Positions 58,023-64,000 of a stretch of 64,000 nucleotides of DNA are shown here, one piece after another. The stretch lies in assembly GCA_910576995.1 (NCBI GenBank), contig CAJTLC010000009.1, forward strand, positions 33,712 through 97,711, read 5' to 3'. The translations under genes and the position numbers were made by a program. Origin of the DNA: an uncultured Ruminococcus sp. GTDB lineage: Bacteria > Bacillota > Clostridia > Oscillospirales > Ruminococcaceae. The notes below the pieces were generated by a model. That model was not told where the DNA came from. It ran no database searches and saw only the letters and a program-made list of their open reading frames with translations. Within the stretch, counting starts at the first letter, position 1; each line of letters starts with the position of its first letter.

Positions 58023-58178
58023 TACTTGACTCTATTGCAAACTATCCATTCATGCTGACATAAATTTCGTCTGTCTGCGTTGTCGTCGTCACCGTGCGTC
58101 AGCACGCTTTCCTCCTCCGCCTTGACATACGAATTTTCTGTTCAGCATTCTTTGGACATTTTGCAATAGAGTCAAGTA
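58023..58178. mobile_element. MITE family B copy B2
   Basis: TIR TACTTGACTCTATTGCAAA; TA flanks; near-identical to 15464-15619. Confidence 0.92.
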
Positions 58179-58203
58179 TAATGAATCTTAAGGGGGATTT
58201 TTT

Positions 58204-60456
58204 ATGAAGAAAATTATAACTTTTCTTATTGCGGCGACGATAGCAGCGGCGGCATTCTCGTGCAGCGATAATATAAATACAAATAATCAGCGTAATTCCG
58301 AGGAGATTTCGGAGTCGGAGCAAATTTACTTCAAAGAAGCCAATATCACCATGTCGGACGATTTTAATTCCATAATTTCCATAGATAAATTTGACGACCG
58401 CATACTTATTTTCGGGAAATCCAATTCGGGCGATACCGTCGGCTATCTGACGAATACAAGCTTCGGCGAATACGAAACTATTGATTTTAAGCCCCAAAAC
58501 GGCGAGATCGTTAAATCCGCCTGCCTTGGCAAATTTGACAGAACAGCCGTTCTTACATATCTTGACGGCAAGACTTTACTTTATGTTTTCGACAGATTCG
58601 GCGCGATAGCCGTGGAATCCGAGCTTGACGATTTAATTCCCGATCAGGAAACAAGTGCGGTTATAATTTCAAACGACGACGGTTTTATTATAAATCTCGA
58701 CGGACAAAGACTTGCCGCGATCGACAAGGACGGCAAATATTCTGGCGATATCGATCTGAAAGGCATGAGCGTTTTCGGATTTTCCAAAAACAGCGAGGGA
58801 ATCCCCACGGCTATACTAAAGTCGCCCGATAATACGACCGAAATATCCTCCGTTGAAGGTCTCGCATTCGGGGAAAGCCATAAATGCAGCAGTCTTTCCA
58901 ATTCCGCAATTGCTATATGCGGCGGCATCGGAAAATTCTCACTTGTGGCAAATTTCGGGAACGGACTGTACGGTTTGGACGGCGATAAATGGATAAAACT
59001 CTCGGATTTCGCTGATCTCGGATTTTCGGGTTACGAACTGGTTGGAATTGTTGCAACAGACGAAAAGGAATTTGCCGTGCTGACGCACACTGCGCGGAAA
59101 TTCAAACTAAAACTGCTGACGGAGGACGATATTTCGGAGCTTAAAGCCAAGAAGAAGATTACTCTTGCAACGTTCAGCGACGGTTATGGACTTGAAAATC
59201 CTGTAAAGGCATTTAACGATTCCAGCGAAAACTACCGCATAGAATTAAAAAATTACACGGACGGCGGAATTTATCCCGAAGTTGCCGACGCAATGCGCCG
59301 TGATATTCTCGCGGGCGACGCCCCCGATATTATTCAGAATTACATAGGAGGAATGACTGTCGATTCGTTCGGCGCGAGGGAATCCCTTTTCGTCGATATG
59401 TACGAGCTTATCGACAAGGACGAGAAAATAAGCCGCGACGATTTTATTGACGGTTATCTTGAAGCTATGGATTTTCGCGGAAAACTTCTTAAAATTTCAC
59501 CATGTTTCAATATTAATACATTTGCCGCTAAGGATAAATTCCTCGGCGGTCTTACAGAGTGGAATTCCGAAGAAATGATTAAAATAATCAGCGAACGTCC
59601 CGAACATACCGGAATTTTCCCCGAATGCGAATTTTATACGCGCACGGATATGCTGCTGAATCTTGTGGACTATTGCAGCTTCGTCGACTATGAAAAGGCT
59701 GAATGTTACTTCGATTCCGCGGAATTCATCAACTTAATGAAGCAGATTCAGGAAAACGAAATGGGTCTTACGCAGGCGGAATTCGAAGCAATGCTCGGGG
59801 ATGACGGAATAACTTTCTTTGAATCTCCCGGAAACAGATACAGATATTTCTGGGACGACAACTATTTGCTGAATCCAAGCTATATCACCTGCATGGGAAG
59901 TTTTTTGCATATAGTCAAGGGACAATTCAACGAACCTGTAACTTTCATCGGGATGCCAAACGATATGGGCGCAGGACTGTCATTCAGAGCGGACGAACAC
60001 TTGACCCTGTCGATCATGCAAAGCTGTGAAAATGTTGACGGTGCATGGGAATTTATCCGCGACAGCTTTTTTACGGAAAACTTTTATCACAGTTATTATG
60101 CCAAAGGGAATTTGCCTGCAATTGAAAAATATCTTGACGAACAGATTGAGGAAACTAAAGAACTGACCATGTATGAGAATCCCGAAACGGGCGAACTGGA
60201 GAACTGCAATTATTACGCGCTCGACGATAAGTCCGAAGAACGCTATTACTACGATCCCTTTACCGATGAGGAAGCCCAAAAATACGGCGATATCGTCCGC
60301 AAAGCTGCCAAATGCGAGAGACGGCTCGACAGTACTGTCTTTAGTATCCTCAAAGGGGAACTCGATTCGTATTTCAACGGCGAACGCTCAGCCGAAGATG
60401 CCGCCGATATAATCCAAAATCGCATTTCAATATATTTGAGCGAAAATTACGGATAA
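58204..60456 (+). CDS. Lipoprotein with C-terminal sugar-type solute-binding domain (orphan)
   Basis: Lipobox AFSC; FNDSSENYRIELKNY, ILAGDAPDII, GAWEFI, IIQNRISIYLSE. Confidence 0.8.
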   Translation: MKKIITFLIAATIAAAAFSCSDNINTNNQRNSEEISESEQIYFKEANITMSDDFNSIISIDKFDDRILIFGKSNSGDTVGYLTNTSFGEYETIDFKPQNGEIVKSACLGKFDRTAVLTYLDGKTLLYVFDRFGAIAVESELDDLIPDQETSAVIISNDDGFIINLDGQRLAAIDKDGKYSGDIDLKGMSVFGFSKNSEGIPTAILKSPDNTTEISSVEGLAFGESHKCSSLSNSAIAICGGIGKFSLVANFGNGLYGLDGDKWIKLSDFADLGFSGYELVGIVATDEKEFAVLTHTARKFKLKLLTEDDISELKAKKKITLATFSDGYGLENPVKAFNDSSENYRIELKNYTDGGIYPEVADAMRRDILAGDAPDIIQNYIGGMTVDSFGARESLFVDMYELIDKDEKISRDDFIDGYLEAMDFRGKLLKISPCFNINTFAAKDKFLGGLTEWNSEEMIKIISERPEHTGIFPECEFYTRTDMLLNLVDYCSFVDYEKAECYFDSAEFINLMKQIQENEMGLTQAEFEAMLGDDGITFFESPGNRYRYFWDDNYLLNPSYITCMGSFLHIVKGQFNEPVTFIGMPNDMGAGLSFRADEHLTLSIMQSCENVDGAWEFIRDSFFTENFYHSYYAKGNLPAIEKYLDEQIEETKELTMYENPETGELENCNYYALDDKSEERYYYDPFTDEEAQKYGDIVRKAAKCERRLDSTVFSILKGELDSYFNGERSAEDAADIIQNRISIYLSENYG

Positions 60457-60470
60457 AATACTCAACCAAT

Positions 60471-60499
60471 AAAAACACCGCACATGAAGTGCGGTGTTT
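60471..60499. terminator. Bidirectional intrinsic terminator
   Basis: AAAACACCGCAC-ATGAA-GTGCGGTGTTT. Confidence 0.75.
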
Positions 60500-60508
60500 C
60501 ATTCATTA

Positions 60509-61261
60509 TTATCCTCCATCATATATTATTGCTGCTACAGTGATATTATCTGTACTGCCGCGTTCAAGAGCTGTTTTTACGAGCATTTCCAGACGTTTGG
60601 AAAGCATCTTCGGAAGTTCAAGAATTTCCTGAATATCCTGCGGCGACAGATTATCCGACAAGCCGTCGGAACATATAAGCAGCACATCGCCGTAATCGAA
60701 TCCGCCGCTTATAATGTCAATATCAATTTTCGGCAAATCCTTTATATTTCCCAGCGCAGGAAAAATTATATTCCGCCGCGCATGAGTCTTTAATTCCTCA
60801 CGGGTAATAGAACCCTCCTCATACAACAACTGAACAAGGGACTGATCGCGCGAAAGCTGCCGCACAACTCCGTCGCGATACCGATAAAGCCGCGAATCCC
60901 CCACATTAAACGCTATAACCGATTCGTCGTCCGCAACCGCTATACCGCAAAGTGTGGTCTGCATATTACGGCTGCACGAATTGCTTCGACTGAATTCCGC
61001 GAGTTCATCATGGATAGCCATAATGGAATCGCGGAGACTGCTTTTGCGCAGATCGTCAACATTTTTCAGACGTTCAAGGCACATAACGGAAGCGATCTCG
61101 CCCGAATTTTCGCCCGAAACTCCGTCGGAAACCGCCGCGATAAACGGCACTCCGACGCGCGTTTCAACGCTGCCCTCGCTGATAACTTGTCCGCCGATAA
61201 GCAGCGCGTCTTCATTATGAGGCATCACGCCTTTTTCGGTAATTCCACAGCAGTAGTACAT
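60509..61261 (-). CDS. PP2C-type Ser/Thr phosphatase
   Basis: NEDA, SDGVSG, NVGDSRLY, CSDGL, DNIT. Confidence 0.9.
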   Translation of the reverse strand: MYYCCGITEKGVMPHNEDALLIGGQVISEGSVETRVGVPFIAAVSDGVSGENSGEIASVMCLERLKNVDDLRKSSLRDSIMAIHDELAEFSRSNSCSRNMQTTLCGIAVADDESVIAFNVGDSRLYRYRDGVVRQLSRDQSLVQLLYEEGSITREELKTHARRNIIFPALGNIKDLPKIDIDIISGGFDYGDVLLICSDGLSDNLSPQDIQEILELPKMLSKRLEMLVKTALERGSTDNITVAAIIYDGG

Positions 61262-61263
61262 TT

Positions 61264-62037
61264 TTATCCCTCTATCGAATAAATTCTTTTACCGTTTTCA
61301 CAAGTTATATCAATAAGTTCCTGAACGCTCATGCCCTTAACTTCCGCAGCCTTTTCAGCCGTATACGCGATCATCGAACTATCGCATCGCTTTCCTCTGA
61401 ATGGCACGGGAGCCATATAAGGGCAATCGGTTTCAAGAAGCAGCCTGTCCATAGGCACTTCCGCAAGCGCTTTCAACGCCTTTTTTGCATTCTTGAACGT
61501 CAGAACGCCCGTAAATCCGACATACATTCCAAGTTTGACAATTTCGCGCGCCGTTTCTGCCGAACCGCTGAAGCAATGAAGTATGCCCTTTGGCCGATGT
61601 TTTTTAAGTATATTCAGCGTATCCTCGCACGCGTCGCGGCTATGAATAATAACGGGCAGTTCGAGTTGTTTGGCAAGCTCAAGCTGTTCCTCAAAAAGAA
61701 CGATCTGTTTTTCGCGGTCATATCCCTCATAATGATAATCAAGTCCTATCTCCCCTATAGCCCTGATTTTCGGGCAGTTCAGCGCCGTCTGACGAACTTT
61801 TTCCAGATAATCCGCAGGATTGGAATCCGCATTTTCGGGATGAACTCCCGCGGCTGCGTAAATATAGCCGTAATTTTCTGCAAGAACCGAATTATCAGCC
61901 GTATCCTCCAAAGACGATGAAGCCAGCATAACGTATTTCACGCCGTTTTTCGGAAGCTCCGCCAGAATCTGCCCGCGATCGCTGTCAAAAGCGCGGTCGG
62001 CGTAATGAGCATGAGTATCAAATATATTACTGATCAT
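61264..62037 (-). CDS. tatD: TatD-family hydrolase/DNase
   Basis: DTHAH, GVHP, IGEIGLDY, HCFSG, ETDCPY. Confidence 0.93.
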   Translation of the reverse strand: MISNIFDTHAHYADRAFDSDRGQILAELPKNGVKYVMLASSSLEDTADNSVLAENYGYIYAAAGVHPENADSNPADYLEKVRQTALNCPKIRAIGEIGLDYHYEGYDREKQIVLFEEQLELAKQLELPVIIHSRDACEDTLNILKKHRPKGILHCFSGSAETAREIVKLGMYVGFTGVLTFKNAKKALKALAEVPMDRLLLETDCPYMAPVPFRGKRCDSSMIAYTAEKAAEVKGMSVQELIDITCENGKRIYSIEG

Positions 62038-62947
62038 CGTCCTCACCCTCGCCGTCGTCCTCTTCATTATAGCTGAAAAATCTCTCTCTGAAATCGTTCA
62101 GAAACGTTTCCGAAGCGATGTAATCGTCATAAGCCGCTTCGCCCTCCATAATGTAGAACGAACCTATAGTTCTTCCGTATTCCAGCATGGATTTTATAGC
62201 GACCTTATGCTGTTTGTAGTCGACAGCAGTAATATTCGTTTCGGCAAGATTCACCATACTGTTAAAGCTGTTGTCAAGATTATCGGCAAGACGCTTCCCG
62301 TCAGCCTGATTCATCATTGATGAAACAAGCGAACTTGTAATATACGCGCGCTCCTCCTCGCCGCCTGCAAACATTGAATACGTTATCAGCCTTTCGATCT
62401 GGGAAGAATTAAGATACTGATCGCTGCCGTCGCCGTTGAATCCCGCCACATCCTCAGACACGGGATAAGTAACGCCGCCCAGAACATCGCAAAGCTTTAT
62501 AAGCGCCGCAGAATCGAGTTTCATATATCGATCGATCTCTATACCGAACACATGATTCGTAAATTCTACAGCCGCGCCTGCGCCTCCGTTTTCATAAGCC
62601 GTTCTGATACTCTGCTGCGTTTCTCCCACAAGCGCGATAGTATTTGACGGAATGCCGACGAATACCAGCTTTTTCTCCATAGGTATCGACCTCATGAGCA
62701 GGAATGTAGACGAAGTTTTCTTATTCTCGGGTTCGTCGAGAATGAACAGGATCGTATGATTATCAGCATAAGTTGTGGTAATTACCTGACGCGGAGTAGG
62801 TTCAGGAAGTTCCTTTTCAGCGCCCAGCAATCCCAGATGTTTCAGAAAAAGGAAGGTGCCGCCGCCGACAAGCAGAATTCCGATAAAAATAGTTACAAGA
62901 TATGGAAGAGCAATGCTTCCGGCTTTCTTTTTTCTCTTTTTTGCCAT
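62027..62947 (-). CDS. LCP (LytR-CpsA-Psr)-like protein
   Basis: N-terminal basic stretch plus TM helix; GIEIDRY, DVLGGV motifs. Confidence 0.7.
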   Translation of the reverse strand: MAKKRKKKAGSIALPYLVTIFIGILLVGGGTFLFLKHLGLLGAEKELPEPTPRQVITTTYADNHTILFILDEPENKKTSSTFLLMRSIPMEKKLVFVGIPSNTIALVGETQQSIRTAYENGGAGAAVEFTNHVFGIEIDRYMKLDSAALIKLCDVLGGVTYPVSEDVAGFNGDGSDQYLNSSQIERLITYSMFAGGEEERAYITSSLVSSMMNQADGKRLADNLDNSFNSMVNLAETNITAVDYKQHKVAIKSMLEYGRTIGSFYIMEGEAAYDDYIASETFLNDFRERFFSYNEEDDGEGEDDDQ

Positions 62948-63102
62948 GGTAAAACTCCTTTCATAATAGCCTGTCTGATATCATGCAGATCAATTTTTTA
63001 CTTGTGCCGGGCTATGCAAGGGGAGACTGTGTTCGCTTTATAAAACAGCATAGTAAAAATGGATTTGCATATATACTACGAGGCGCGAAAATATTCATAT
63101 TT

Positions 63103-63226
63103 TGCGGATAAAATAGTTTTTCCGCAGAGCAATGTTAAAAATTGTCGGATTAATTCCGCGAAACAGCGTTTATCCACAAGGTTTTCAACTTTTCAACACT
63201 ATGCAGAAAGTGGAAAATGTTAAAAA
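63103..63226. promoter_or_regulatory. Cluster of DnaA-box-like 9-mers
   Basis: Perfect TTATCCACA at 63170-63178 plus 1-2 mismatch boxes at 63103, 63118, 63133, 63190, 63209 and 63218. Confidence 0.6.
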
Positions 63227-63380
63227 AACTTTTCATTCGCCCTTGCAAAAATCTGAATCTATGGTATAATAAAAAGTAGCAATGATCGCCGCAGATCAAT
63301 TGCGGAAAACAACGCTATGAACATTATACCATAGCAAACCATAAATTGCAAGTATTATTTTTATTATAAGGAGAATTTTC

Positions 63381-64000
63381 ATGAAACCATATCTGAAACG
63401 CGCATGGGCGGAGGTCTCTCTTGCCGCGTTAAAAAATAATGTCTCCGTCATAAAAAAACTGAATTCGCCCGAAACAGAAATAATGGCGGTAGTAAAAGCC
63501 GACGCCTATGGTCACGGCGACGAGCATATTATAAAATGCCTCGCCAACGACTGTGAAATCAAATATTTTGCAGTATCAAATCTTGACGAAGCTATTGCTG
63601 TAAGAAATTTCTGCCCCGAAGCGGAAATACTTATTCTAGGCTATACTCCCCCCGAATACGCCCATGAAATAGCCATGTACAACATAATTCAAGGCGTAGT
63701 ATCCAAGGAATACGCCGAATCGCTGACAAAAAATACTCCCGACCCCATACGCTGTCACATAAAGATAGATACGGGAATGGGCAGGATAGGGCTGCGTTAT
63801 GATTCTCCGCAGGAATGCGCCGCCGAGATCGCCGAAATAATGAAGATAGGCAAGATAAATGTGGAAGGTATATACACTCATTTCGCCGTTGCCGACAGCG
63901 ATTCTGCTGATAATATCGCTTATACCGACCGTCAGGAGCAGTTTATAATCAAAACCGACGACGCTCTTAAAGAAATGGGAATTCGCCTTGATCACGTTCA
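63381..64000 (+). CDS. alr: Alanine racemase (truncated by the window end)
   Basis: AAGGAG RBS; RAWAEV...MAVVKADAYGHG; HIKIDTGMGRIG; GIYTHFAVAD. Confidence 0.95.
   Translation, partial: MKPYLKRAWAEVSLAALKNNVSVIKKLNSPETEIMAVVKADAYGHGDEHIIKCLANDCEIKYFAVSNLDEAIAVRNFCPEAEILILGYTPPEYAHEIAMYNIIQGVVSKEYAESLTKNTPDPIRCHIKIDTGMGRIGLRYDSPQECAAEIAEIMKIGKINVEGIYTHFAVADSDSADNIAYTDRQEQFIIKTDDALKEMGIRLDHV

Noticed and set aside
2551..58178. CRISPR array or ncRNA array interpretation of the repeats
   Set aside because: The copies are dispersed, 155-185 bp long, have TIRs and target duplications, have no spacers, and no cas genes are present.
63636..63995. 119-aa minus-strand ORF
   Set aside because: Antisense to alr, which is absent from the ORF track only because it runs off the window.

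Overview
This is a 64-kb chromosomal segment of a spore-forming Firmicute. Dockerin-bearing proteins, sipL-spoIVA and a cwlD-like amidase suggest a Ruminococcus-like member of the Oscillospiraceae; that assignment is an inference. Most of the window is housekeeping genes: a Zn/Mn ABC transporter, ftsH-tilS-dnaB-rplI-gdpP-rnj, thrH, fur, a capD-like gene, purA, tex, a GH13, spoIVA, tatD, an LCP protein and alr. No rRNA, tRNA, CRISPR array or transposase gene was seen. Two features stand out. (1) About ten 155-185 bp intergenic hairpin elements plus relics share one internal core (CAAGG...central hairpin...ACGCAG) but carry at least three unrelated sets of terminal inverted repeats. Family A has GAAC/GAGC ends and 3-bp TNA duplications (IS5/IS1031-like); families B and C have TA duplications (IS630/mariner-like). 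They insert into one another, into or next to stop codons, into promoters and 5' leaders, and apparently into a c-di-GMP-I-like riboswitch. (2) A three-gene operon encodes a dockerin-bearing M60 glycopeptidase, a cohesin-like Thr-rich LPQTG wall anchor and a sortase, which is a candidate non-cellulolytic cohesin-dockerin surface system. Other observations: unannotated small ORFs (one SigG-type, SASP-like), a DnaA-box cluster, an A17 promoter tract, an in-frame nonsense codon in a phosphoesterase, and separated phage-like holin and endolysin remnants.
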